Positions 12,222 to 25,600 of a stretch of DNA of 64,000 nt are shown one piece after another. Under the pieces are notes generated by a model that did not search any database, was not told where the DNA came from, and saw only the letters and a list, made by a program, of their open reading frames with translations. The position numbers were made by a program, and so were the translations under genes. Positions within the stretch are counted from its first letter, which is position 1; every line of letters starts with the position of its first letter. This stretch comes from Geosiphon pyriformis uo1 (Eukaryota > Fungi > Glomeromycota), in contig JAAOMT010000289.1 of NCBI GenBank assembly GCA_016748015.1, positions 68,131-132,130 of the forward strand, read 5' to 3'.

Positions 12222-12877
12222 GTCCCATTATTAACAACCTCCACATGACTTTGTTTCGATAAACCTTCGGAAATTCGTTTTTCTAATTCATGAAGAATAG
12301 GGCGATGTAATGCCACAGGTTTAAAGATATTCTGATCTTCTTTTGGGAAAAATATATCGGGTATTGATCCGGTCTGATGAATAATACGTAAAGTTTTAGT
12401 AAACTGGGGAAAATCTATAGCGTCTGGGCAATCCCAGTTTGCTAGTTTTGTTGTGGGATCAATTGGAATTTCCATTTCTGGCTAGATGTAAATATAAAAT
12501 GAAGGGAAGAAATATGTTTTAATGTAAAAAGTATAAAAATATATTTAAAAATTAAAAACAATTAATATTATTACCTTAAAGAAATCATCTTGAAATAATA
12601 TTGAACAATTTGGTAATATTTTCTTCAAAAATCTCGCTATTGTCTAGCAAAGAGAAATTATTGTGGACATGTTAAACCTGGCCACATATTTTTAATCTTT
12701 ATTTTAGTATAATACTAACCGTCTTTCCAGAACAAGAAGCTCCACTGCCAAGTGAATCTTTAATATTAGTTATACTAGGTGTATATATATCTTTAACTTA
12801 CAATAAAGCCAAAGAGGAAAAATTAGTATTATTAAAAATTACCTAATTCCTATAGTGATAATTTTCTTTTTCGGCAT
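11582..12877 (-). CDS. NRK1: Nicotinamide riboside kinase (5 exons)
   Basis: Spliced MPKKKIITIGISGASCSGKTT (P-loop), FQDDFFKP, NWDCPDAIDF, IVDGFLLY, RREIREGYVTLEG, YWVDPPNYFDNIVWPNY. Confidence 0.92.
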
Positions 12878-13831
12878 CTTTTCGAGTGTATGTACCGATC
12901 TATATTGCTACAGTTGTGTTGATTTTTATACAGTTGATTACGCCATTAGTATTAATCACACAGAATCTTTCATTTGATGTCAACAGTGGGTTAATCATCG
13001 TAGGTCATGAAGTCAAAGACGAAAGATTATCAATAATAATCAATCTTTATCATTACGGATTCCAAAATAGGGTGGTGCTTATTTCCGGAAGAATATAGTA
13101 AATGTCACTAAAAGTTTTTAGGGTCAAAATTGCGAAATTAGTTCTTTATATAAAGTATTTTTTTTATTAATTTTAATTAAACTTATAAAAATAATTTTAT
13201 TTTGTCAAATTTTTAAATATTTCTAATCATATTAAATTAAATTATAAAATTATAAAAAAATATTAGTTACAAAAATTATTTACATTAGGTATAAAATTAA
13301 AAATTCATATTTTAATAATCGCATTCGCTAAAGGAAATGAAATTTCATTCACTTAAATTATAAAGCTAATAAAAACTACCCAAATTCTTTCAGAATATAA
13401 AAACGAGAAACTAAATTTGGATACTCAAAAAAAATCCCAAAGAATTTTACGGAATCTTTAGAACAACCATTACAGTTTCATCACCACCTAGAAAGAAAAT
13501 ATAAGAAAAGGAAATTCTTCCAATAGATTCCTTGCAAGCAAGTGGAAAAAAGCCATTAGAGAAAAAAACAAGTCCTGATTGAATTTATACTCTTAGATTG
13601 ATTACTCCCGATTAATCTCTATGGAGGATGTTTGACAGTTAAAAAATGATAGAAATAAAATGCCCCCAAGATTTTAAAATCTTTAAATTTCCAGACATCG
13701 CGTTTAACAATTTGATTCCTGCGATTTCCCAACTATCAAATGATTTAGAAATTTTCCACGATTTCAGATATAATTTCTTGAAGACCTTTCCCCTTGATTG
13801 ATAAAAGGTCGATTTAACCATATCCAAAGTC

Positions 13832-16354
13832 ATGGAACCTCTTAACCCAAATATTCCTGCTACCAACAACCAAATTCCTGTTCCCCCAAGCTCAGCGCCT
13901 CCAAGTTTATCTTACTTTTGTGTATACAATCCTTCTTTTGGGCCTACCGAAGAAACTCAAAAAGACCAACTACTTTATTATGTCGCAAATAAAAAAACTG
14001 TACCAATGGACGTGAAAATGCGACAAATAGGTTTAGCCCAAGGCTTGGTGAACTTCACTAGGTTTGTTGGTTAAAAGAAGACAAGACAGACAAGTAAGAT
14101 GGTCCATTTGGGATTCTTTGACTAGGAAGCATTAATTAACTTTTCTTACTCAAACCCTTGTTTCTATACTCGTTCTTGGTTGGTCTTAGAGTTTTTTCTC
14201 CGGAAAAGCCTTGTGAAAATGTGCATACACAGAAAAACAGATTAGCCTTTTATGAACCTGAGCCCGATTATTGGATACATGTGGTAAGGTTTCCTTGAAA
14301 TTTCCACTTTTTAGAAAAGTAATTATCATATCACTAATAAAAGAGCTTTAAAATTCTCCAGTCCATCGAATTGGGATATGCTAAAAAAACTATCAAAGAC
14401 AAAGACGGAAAACAAAAATCAGTGATTGAATTCTTGGATACAAATTTACATGAAGCGAGCGTGCGGCGAATGTTGAAAAAGGGATATGAGATGTATAGGG
14501 TATGAAATTTCAAATCTGGAACATTCATAAATTTTCAAGCTTTGAGATATAAATTCATGAAAATCTAATTTATTTAGCTATTCAATGGCCCTTTTGATTT
14601 GACTGTTCGAACCTCGGGTGTAAAAACTTTAAAAAACAAACTAGAAGAGTTTTTTGGAAATTGGGTGTTTGAGTGGAACTTTGAAAAAGCCGAATTAACC
14701 AAAACTATTGACGGTAATCTTTTGATCATTTTTTATATCCTGATCTATTTTATATTTTTATTATCTTAATAAAAGCCTTTCTTCATCTGTTTATTAGGTG
14801 TCATTTATTTGCCATTGTCAAACGCCGGAGAATCTGCGGTGGTTTCCTTTGTGACAAAAGTTCAGGCTGACTATAGTTTTATTTCACAAACCTTTGTCTT
14901 ATGGCAAGATAAACTATTATATGGGGGAGACGGAAACATAACAGATGCCGATATAAGAGAGATATGGCGACATTTAGTGTCTTTATCTGAAGTAAGAGAA
15001 AATAAAAATAAAGAGGAGGCAGCAGAAAAACTTCAAAAAAACAAGGAATCTGATAAGGTTCGTCTCACTTTATATTTGCAAATATTCCTAAGCTTTTCCT
15101 TATTTTGATAATAAAATTGATTTTTTAAATCTCCAGTATTTATTGCCTTCTCTGAAAGGTTTCTCACGGGCAGTTACCGGGACCAATTTTCTTTCATATT
15201 TTTCCAATACCTCATCAACGAGCCTTGATGCTCCCGTGGATACCTTGAAAGGCTCCGAAAATTCTACTTCCCCCATCTCGCCTCTTCCCGTAGCATCGAT
15301 TCCCTCAAATTTTCTAACAGGGCCTACAAAGAATTTGGATGGGTGTGATAAGAAGATAACCCCATTGATTATTTACTTAAAAAAACCGAGCAATCCAAAT
15401 TCTACCATTTTCAATAAGCAAAACGGACATGAGATTGACGAGGATGAAGAGGATGAGGAAGTAGAGGAGTATTATCTTGTTGTTTATAAGGTAAATCCAA
15501 GAAACCAATTTTTTAATTGGGGGAAATTGTTTCCGATATTTGTGCTTGAAGAGTTTGATGATTTTCATATTACCCATATATAGGAAAACTTTATAACTCT
15601 GGCCTTCCTTATATTGGTCAATTCACCCGAGTCGAGTTCCTGCATTACTGATATTGTATTTTATCGCTCTTTGCAAGAATATTTGTCATCACGAATAGAT
15701 CAAGTTACAAATTTGGTAAACGAAGATAATGAACGAATGAAAAAAATTGGGTATGTTTGGAAATCTGGCTTTATTATTCGCCGCCTTATATTGAAGTATA
15801 GAACATTGTTACCTAGGAAACCTGATGCTCATAAAGAATATCGCTACCTCTTCTACAATAAGTTGACAATGGCCATTAAGTCCTCTATCAATTCTACATC
15901 AACCAACTCTTTTTCATGGCCGTCAACACCTCCCAGAGTTTTAACAATATCAAATGAGATGGCCAATGTCCTATGTGAAGTATACGAAGATTTTGAAAGG
16001 TATGTGTTACTCATGTAGTCGTTTTTAAATCACGGTCTTTTCAATGATCTAGGCATGTGAAATATTGCATTGCCCTTCTTTAGATGTCCACAACTCACGG
16101 AAATATACACGAAAGCATCTTCCAACTTTTGGGTTATTGGTAAAAGATTTGAAGAACGATATTTATATGTGATTGTGTCCAAAAAAGAGGCTACTCTACT
16201 GGAAGTTGAAGGTTAGTAGTCTTTTTAACCATTATACTAAACTCGATCTTCACTTTAACTCTGCTTTAATTCACCGCGTCTTATTTGGGCTTACACCACA
16301 GAGGATGTAAGGCGACTGACTGCGCTGTACTTCTCCGGGTTGTTTATGGAGTAA
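13832..16354 (+). CDS. CCZ1: Vacuolar fusion protein Ccz1 (Mon1-Ccz1 GEF subunit), multi-exon
   Basis: LSYFCVYNPSFGPTEETQKDQLLYY..RQIGLAQGLVNFTR.FS, FYEPEPDYWI, YRYLFYNKL, NFWVIGKRFEERYLYVI..TLLEVEEDVRRL; canonical introns. Confidence 0.92.
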
Positions 16355-17150
16355 GATAAGTTCTCTCTAAATGACAATTAGCGATCTAGACCGTCAAGAA
16401 TTGAAAATTTCCATGGTTTAGTTACTGGAACAATGAGGCTGGACTTTGAAGATATTCATTTAATTCATAACAGGCAGACTAAATATCTTCCAGAGCCTCC
16501 GATTTTAGCAATTAACAATCAGCCCTGATAAAATTTACACAATTCAAGCAATTTCCTTTGGGATAATTGTTTTGCAATATTGTGGTTGATCCCTAATAAT
16601 TTCACCGATTAAACTTAATGGGATAGTCTGATAGCGCAATTTGTAAACCCGATATAAATGATCAGACACGTTAACGTGGTACTATTAGATTCTTGCAAAA
16701 TAGATTTTTAAAACATGTTTTACTTAAAAAAGGAAATTATCATTTGTCAAAATTTTAATATTTTTACTCGAACGCAATTTTTATTTATTAGAAATTGGTT
16801 GTGAACAAATGAAATGTGTATTCCTCAATAAAACTTCATATCAACCATACCATATAAGGGTTCACGAAGTTAAGCATTTGTTTGCTTAATCAAAATTTCT
16901 CTAAGCAGTAAGAATTTGTGGAATAATTCCTCTTAAAGTCATATGATCGCCCATGAATTAATAAAAAGATGTCAGGGAAATTAAACGCGTCAGAGTAAAA
17001 GCTTAATTATCCCTCGCATCTTGTTCTTTCTACCCTTCTGGTGTAGGATTCTATGATTTCTGATCCGAGATCTAGATGGTACAAATTCACTGCGAACGCG
17101 CCCTTCCCATTTACAATTAAAGAATGATCTATATCATTTATTTCTATGAC

Positions 17151-19241
17151 CTAATCAATCCGATCCATAAATCCAACATAAAAATCGTTCATGATCCTTT
17201 TGCTTGGGGGCAAATAGTTTGTACTTAAACGCAACACGAGTAATATCTCGAGACATACTTCTTCGGGATATAGAAAACGCTCTACTGTCTTGTCTGCTTG
17301 CCACTGTGTAAGCAATCTATTAAATAAATGATAATTATTTAAGAACTATAATAATGAATAATTTTAGGGATGTGAAAGATTACCTTTGAGCCGATTCACT
17401 CCCATTTTCTGCACAATCGATATATAATAACTTGAGAACTGTGCGAAATGAAAATTTTAAGATTATGAAATGTATACAACCCGAAACAATTTGGAAACGA
17501 TATTGATTCGACTAAGTAATTATTCCAAAAATCTTTTGGACATTCATGGAATTCAAACAACCATGGGGTTGGAGCAACGATATTTGCTTCAAAGCGCTAT
17601 ATCAAGATGCCTAAAAAACCAAAAAGTTATCTTTCTGAAGGCAAAGTGACAAAAAATATCCTCTTCCGTCTGCTCGACTTTGAATAAAAGCCTGAAATTT
17701 TGTTTCAATTGTAAAACCTCTTACCTTCTTTTGATGTCATTTTAGTAGGAATTATTTGATTATAATTAGCAACATGATTGGAAAACTTCTCCCATGCAGA
17801 CAGTCCATCCAGAGCATTTGTCATTATCTTTGTTTCCCAAGAGAATAACCCAACCTATGATGTTTTAGAGACGTTTGATTAATTATGAAGGTTATTCAGG
17901 GTATTTGTGACCATGTATACTTACCAGGAGGTAGGGCTTCCTTGATCTTCGCTCCTCAATAATAAATCGATATGTAGCATGTGCTTTAGCAGCCTCCAAA
18001 AATTCCGTAGCTACAAAGGGGGCAAACCCATGTGTCTCTATTTTGGAACTGGTATTTAATTAGCGCAACAGAAGGATATGCGATAATATGCTACTAAAAA
18101 ATACTTACCGAAATCCGAGTATCCCAAGTTCCATAGCAGTCATATATTTACTAAACTTGACCACAAGTAGCACTGGTACCGTGTTTGAAAATATTTATTG
18201 ATAAACCAAGACTTTTATCCATAAAAGGGATTCTTATCCACGAACCTGGATCACAAGATGAAGTTGTTTCCTTTTCATTGCCTTCTAATGCATATAGTCC
18301 TTCACCTACGGGCCCAAGACATCTAGAGCAACTCAATGGTCGCCATTTCCTTGACAGTCCCTTTTCCCACTATAGAAATGTTTGCAATGGGTGAATACCG
18401 ATTTGAAAGGAATCAAGCCGGAATGCACCAACACCTATTTAATGATATTTAGACCGCAGTAATAGCACGCGCAAACCACTATATTGCGTATGATGATTTG
18501 GGTCACGGTCCCTTTATTTTAGGACAAGTAGTATCGACAGGGTATTAAATTCTCCAAATATCAGCCTTCTTACAAGTCCATATCAAATGATATTGCTCAA
18601 TTCGCTCTCAATCAGTTTCCCAACAAATATCAAGACTCACTCACGTCAATATCAGGGGATCCGTCTTCAAGAACCAACGAATCGTTCAAAACATCTTTAG
18701 GGTGAACAAATATATATGTATTTCCAACCATTCCAACATTTTCTTTCGTGATAAACTCCCCAAGTTGAACTTGCTGATAATCTTCTTGATGACACATCCA
18801 ACAATCAATAAGTTCTAGCCAATGTTCCGAGGGCAAATCCATCATTTTAAGAAATGCGTTCGGTTTCACCAGTGATGCCTTACAAAATGAACATAAAATG
18901 TTCCTAAGTGTGGAAATTTCTGTTGCAGAAAGTGGGGGGAGAATATCCCCACCAATTGTTTGTCTGGTTGGCTTTTTACGAACATAGCTTCGAAGCTTTA
19001 GTTTTACGTCCAAACCATCAGCAGAGGAGATTATAGAAGGCTGTTGCGTTGCTTCTACTGTGTGAAAAAGGTTAAGCGTATAGGAAACATTGGTGTTCGG
19101 TTGTGCCACTTGTTCTTCCAGCGAAAGACACAAAGGGTAAATTCCAAGTTTGAGGGATGATATTTCCTTGGGTAGCCCAAGGGTAAGGTTTATGGACTGT
19201 ATATTGATTAGAATCTCGGCAAAAACAGCTGGTTGCCCCAT
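17151..19241 (-). CDS. UBE3D: HECT-like ubiquitin-conjugating enzyme (E2)-binding protein (HECT_2 family; UBE3D/Ipa1-like), multi-exon
   Basis: CSFC..DLPSEHWLELIDCWMCH motif, CSRC..VGE, last exon YPEEVCLEILLVLRLSTNYLPPSKRIMNDFYVGFM. Confidence 0.85.
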
Positions 19242-19382
19242 TTGAAGCAAAGAAAAAAGGTCAGCTCAAAATAAGCTATTAAATTCAACTATATGACTCA
19301 TAACTCAATTAGGCTAGGCTTAATTTTGGAAATTTTTGCTCTTATGACCTTTTGTGCTTTAGAAATTTTAATTATCAAAAGA

Positions 19383-21188
19383 ATGATGCCTTTTGAAATT
19401 GAAAAATTTAGTAGTCTAGGAAGGTGCGTTTTCTTGAAAATTTATGCCCGACCTACGTTTCTTTCAATGAATGCGAATATATCGCTTTCATTGAAAAATC
19501 ATAAAAAACGCGTTCATTTCATTAATGAAGATCGACAAAGGTACTATTCTAGTGTGGCCGCCACTGACAAAGGTATATATAGAAATAATCTTGGTGCAAT
19601 AATTATAATGATAATTTATCACCCACAATTCCCAAATATCGGATCAAACCGACAGACCTTCAATGACTGCTCTTACGTGCTCTCGCTTCAGCAGAGCCAT
19701 TAATCACAAATGATACAGTGCATATCGAAGGTCGTTCATATCCGGTTGATGAACTTACCAACGTTACTCCTAGCATTTTGTTAAAGACGACACGACGCTT
19801 GCACTTGCACGTATCACATCCGATCTCGATATTGCGTAATCTTATTGAACAACATTATCCCAACTTTCAGCATTTGAATACGCTTAGTCCAATTGTAAGC
19901 ACCGCTCAAAACTTTGATGATCTAGGATTTCCAGAAGATCACCCTGGACGAAAAACCACTGATAGTTATTATATAAATAAAGATACTATGTTACGAACTC
20001 ATACTTCAGCACATCAGCTTCAAGTTCTTCGATCAGGAGCCGATAAATTCTTAATTAGTGCTGATGTCTATAGAAGAGATGAGATTGATTCAAGTCATTA
20101 TCCGGTTTTTCATCAGATGGAAGGTGTTCAAGTGTTTGATATTGAAGAAGCCGAGGCTCAGGTTGCTCAAGACATTGCCAAAAATCAAGGACAAGTTTCA
20201 TCGATGTCTCAAGTACAGACTGCAGATCCTACAGTTATTACCGAAAAGAATCCGATTCAATCATGTCATCCTATAGACGCGGGAAATGCTGTAGGTCAAC
20301 ATCTGAAACATTCACTAAATGGAATTGTGCGAACCCTTTTTAAGGAGGAAAAAGAATTACGGGTCCGTTGGACCGACAGCTACTTTCCTTTTACGAGTCC
20401 CAGTTGGGAGATGGAGGTCTTTTATGAGGGAAAATGGCTTGAAATTTGTGGATGTGGTGTTATTCTACAAGAAATAATGAATAATGCTGGTAATATAGTA
20501 GTCAAGTAATATGGTTCTTTCAAAAACGAAAACCCTGGTTTTATTAATTATTAAATCATTTTCACAGGACGACCAAATCAAATTGGCTGGGCTTTCGGTC
20601 TAGGTCTAGAACGCATCGCAATGGTATTATTTGGGATTCCGGATATAAGACTTTTCTGGTCGCAAGATTCAAGATTTTTGAGTCAGTTCACCAACAATAA
20701 GATCATAAAGTTTCATCCATTTTCCAAGTATCCCTCCTGTATCAAGGATATCAGTTTCTGGCTCGGCTCTGGCGAGTTTCACGAGAATAATTTTTGCGAT
20801 CTAGTGAGAGATATCGCTGGTGATTTAATAGAAGATGTGAAATTGGTAAGTAACTTAATTTTTTCTCCAATGAAATTATTTCTATTCCTTCAACTAGAAT
20901 AGTCTAATTTGATCATTAAATATATTGGTTTGTAGGTTGATGAATTTACGCATCCAAAAAACAAAAGACGTAGTTTATCTTATCGCATGAATTATCGATC
21001 AATGGATAGGTTCGTATTTTCTTGGTCTATTTTAAACTTTGATTCCTATTATACAAATATTTTACTAATTAATAAAGCCTTCCTTTTTCATGCTTTATCA
21101 TAGAAATATTACGCACGAAGAAATTAATGAGATCCATGGACGGATTGGTGAAGAAGTCCAAAAGAAACAAGGCGTTATTCTTCGGTGA
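19383..21188 (+). CDS. MSF1: Mitochondrial phenylalanyl-tRNA synthetase (start could instead be the ATG at 19467)
   Basis: [78 protein letters not shown], anticodon-binding domain [20 protein letters not shown]. Confidence 0.95.
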
Positions 21189-22699
21189 AGGCGTAATGCC
21201 AAGAATTGGTTGAAGATAGGTTATGACCTGGTAAACATGATTATTATTATTTTCATTTTCATTTCATCAGCATTCGAAGTATTTTTTCTGCTGCAAAAAT
21301 ATCCTTCCCACAAATCGAAATGGGATCATGAACCTACTATTATAACTTTGCAAATTAACAGAGTTGACGTTCTATGAACATATAACGTCATTTTCAACAA
21401 TAGGCATTGGAAATTGGCTTCATTAAATTCATTTTGAGAGATAGGCAAATATCTTTGTAAAAATATTCTTAACAACTCAATTTTAAAGGAGCTTTATTTC
21501 ATTAAATTCTTAAATTCTTAAAAAAACTGTCAATTTTTTTACTTTTACAATAACTGATTTAAAATATGAAAGATTTACATTTTATTTAATTTTTTGAAAT
21601 TTATTTATATGATTTAAATATTAATTTTAAAAAAACAAGTCATTTTATTTTATATATTTATAGTTAATTACAATATTATTTTTTAATTATAAGTTTTTTT
21701 AAATTTTTAAATTTCAATATTTATTTTATTTTTTAATAATGTAAAATAATATTAAATTTGTTAAAATATTTAATTTTAAAGTTTTAAAATTACATATGTT
21801 ATTATATATGTACTTTATTATAATTATTATTAAATGTAAAAAACATATAAGTTATATTTAAAAAATAATAAAATACTTTTTTCTTATTAATTTTCAAATT
21901 ACAAAAAAGTAAAAAGTTGTTAAAAAATTATCTTAAGAAAACAAACATATATTATGTTATTATTAATTACTATAAGATTATCTTTTTTTTCTCTAATGAG
22001 ATATACAATTAGATATTTTATATTATAATAATATGTTATTTATAATACATAATTATGGTATAATATAATTATCTTAACTTATTATATTGTTTTATTTATA
22101 TAAAAATAACTATGAATTTGTGTCTAATCTAATATGTCTTTTATTTTCTAATTTAGCACATCTTTTATTTCTTAATCTATTATATCTTTAATATTGTATT
22201 TTTGATTTTATTTATAATTAAACTTTTCTAATATGTAAACTTTCTTAATTATATCATAATACAACAAGTTTTATATTTATAAAACTTCCACAAATTAACA
22301 CCAGAAATTTTGCAATATATTTGAATGTTTTTTTCTGTCTTTAATAGTCATACTATAATTAATTTCTATGACTTTTTAGATCAAATAATAATATAATAAA
22401 TTATTTAATTTTAATGCAAGAATAAGTATATTAGTTTTGATTAGTGTTGTTTTTAATTTATGCTGGATTTTTATTTAATATATTACTACTATTCTCTTAT
22501 TTAATAATCTAAAAGTTAGTTCAGTAAGTTTTTTCTAACTTTTTAGCAAATATTGGATAATTTTTTTTGGTGAATATCTTTGTTATTGAATTTAGTATAT
22601 AGTATAATATTTTTATCAAAATTGCTGTTAGTAACCACTGCTATGCTAGTTCTCCAAGGAAAATTTTTGTTGTATTCCTATACTTTTGATTGTGTTTTT

Positions 22700-25600
22700 C
22701 CTTAAGACTCCTGTGGAAATACTTTTTTTATCTTATATTAATATTAGACATCTGTGTTTTTTTGCTTATAGTAAAACAATATTTTATTTTTAGTAAATTC
22801 AAAGAAGATTAAAATAAAAAATAGAATTTAACAAAATTAGTATTTATAAAATAATCTTAATCAGAGATTATTTTTCCAAAAATATAAAAAGCTTGTTCTG
22901 AATTTTTAAGTTATTGTTAATTTTGGCCAAGATATTACAAGTATTTTTTAAGTATTCTTATGTATTTAATATTTTTTTAATGTGTTTTTAATTTTGTTAA
23001 GCTTGGGCCTTATTTGTGCTTTTGTTAATATATTGAATGTTTCTACAATTATTTTTTCTCAATAAAAAGATAATAATAAGAAAAAAAATAGTGGCTCTTT
23101 GAATTATTTACAAAAAACTAGATTATAAAGAAGAATGGTTTTTAATTCCATTAATCTTAGTATCAATGAATAATACAAAGCTTGAAAGACATATTGTTCA
23201 GCTTTTTTTAAGATTATAATTCAATTTTGTTACTTTTTCTTTATTTTTGTCTAATTAATTTATTGTTTTTTATTATTCTTTCTTCTTGTTTGTTTTTTTT
23301 CTAATTAAAAAGCTATTATATATATACATATTTCGAGTTATACATAATTGTATCTATTTTAACTAATTAGTAAGTAATTATTAAGCTATTGGGTCTTCTA
23401 TTTAATTGTGATTGCTTCTTGGTTTACTTGTTTGTAATTATATTAAATTGGATACATTTGTGTATGTTTGTGTATGTTTTGTACACTATTATGTATATGT
23501 CACATTTTCTAATTTTATTTATTAATCTGTGCTATTTATACTATTATTTAATGATTGGTTAATATATTATAATATTATTATTTTTGATTTTTGTTAATTT
23601 TTATTGAGTAATATTATTTCTTCTTAAAATTAAGCTCCATCAAAATTGATGTGTATTTTTCTAATACCAATATCTAACATAAAGGTCTGTATACTTGTTT
23701 AAACTATTTGTTTTTGCAAGTTTTGAAATTTATTGTTAATAAGTCTTTCAATTCTATTAAAAATAAATATGTTCATTTTATTTATTAACAATACTTTTGA
23801 ACAATATTAAAACAGCATATAGAATCAATGTGCTGCCTTAAAATAGTGCTTAAAGTTGTTTTTTCTAGTTAGTTATTTAAACTTCTAAAGTTTTATTTTG
23901 TTGATTTTTTTGATATTTTTCTTGATATAAATTGTTTAAAGATCTAATTATATAGTTATTATGAAGTATATATAGCAAAAAAAAGCAATTAAGTTTTTTT
24001 TTTTGAATATTGTATTTCTTAAGAATTGGAATTTTTCTATAATTTTATTAATTAATATATTAGTGTTTTTTTGTTTTTTATAATAAGAGTTAAAATAATT
24101 TGTGTTTGGTTTATTTTTTTGTGTGGCTAGATTTTTTTTTATATGATATTTTAAAATTATTAAGGATAATTTCTAATAAGAAATTATTTTTTTGTAGTAG
24201 TTGAAATAAAAATTGGAAAGTATTTATAATATTTTTAGATATATTCATAATAAAAATAAATATTAAATAAATATTAAAATGAATTATTTTTATGTATCAA
24301 AATTTTAAAAAGATTTTTTTAATAGTTTAATGTTTCTAATTTTTCTAACTATTTTTAAGATTGGTTTAATTTTTTTTAAATGTTAATAGTAATAATTCAA
24401 ATGTAATTAATTAAATTAATTGTTTTTTAGATAATGTTTAATAATTATTATTGGCTCCAAGTGTTATAGAATTTGGTTAAGAGACACAATTGATATATGT
24501 ATTTCTAATTTGGGCATTAACAAATTAGATAATTGTTGTTAATAGTAGATTTTTAATCAGTTATTATAAGCAACTTTTTTCAAAATTTTATTGCCTAAAT
24601 ATAACTTATATGCTCTATTACCTAAAATATTATGGACATAAAAAAGTTTATTTTATTTGTTGTTAAATTTTTTACTTAATTTTTTATTGTTGAGACTACT
24701 CTTTAACAATGTGATATTTTATTACTTATTTTAATATTTAACAAATTGTTCAGTAAAACAAAACTTAATGTAAAATAGTAATAACACATAATTTGAAAAC
24801 CAGAAGTAATAAAAAAACTTAAAATAGTACTAACAAATAAGTAAAAAGTTATAAACAACATAATTCCAAATAGTAATAAAAAATATGAAAAGACATACTT
24901 GAAATTTTGATAACAAGTATTTGGAGCATAGAAAAAAGAAAAAAAAGGAAGAAATGTAAAGAAAAAAACTAACTACTGTTATAGGTAATTATTTAAAATG
25001 TTGGAACAAATAACAAACCTGTAACTTAGTGCTTAATAGCTAGTAATATTGATAATTTCTGAAGGTTTTGGAGTCTGAAAGTTTTGGTTAAGTCTTTTGT
25101 ATAATGAACAGAGATTTAATTAATAATTTTTTCTATGATTTTTTTTTTAACATAATGGTCAGCTATGTCTTTCTGATAAGCTATCTTTAAATTTCTACTC
25201 TTATTCTCAGGTTTTTTACCAAGCTATTTTTAACATCAAATACTCAGTGCTTAATCTTTTTAATTAATTAGTAAACAGCAAATAAATAAATAAAAAAATA
25301 AAAAAAAACAAAAATAAAAAAAAAACAAGATATTAGTATTCTGTTAATAGCCATAATTAAAAGTTATTATTTTAAATTAATATAAACTCTATTGAATTTT
25401 CTTGAAATTATTTTTTTTGTTTTTAATACTTTTACTATATATATATAATTTATGTTATATAAGATCTCATATTTTTTTAAGCAATATGCCTTATTTTTTT
25501 TAACAATGTGTTCATTGTTAAACAGTATACTATAATTTATTAACAATATGCTCATTATTAAGCAATATGTCATAATTTTCTAATATTGTGCTTACTTGCT

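Noticed and set aside
12886-13869. Short ORFs between NRK1 and CCZ1
   Set aside because: No recognisable motifs; they lie in divergent promoter/UTR sequence.
19293-19703. Independent 136-aa gene
   Set aside because: It is MSF1 exon 1 read through into intron 1 (donor after 19572).
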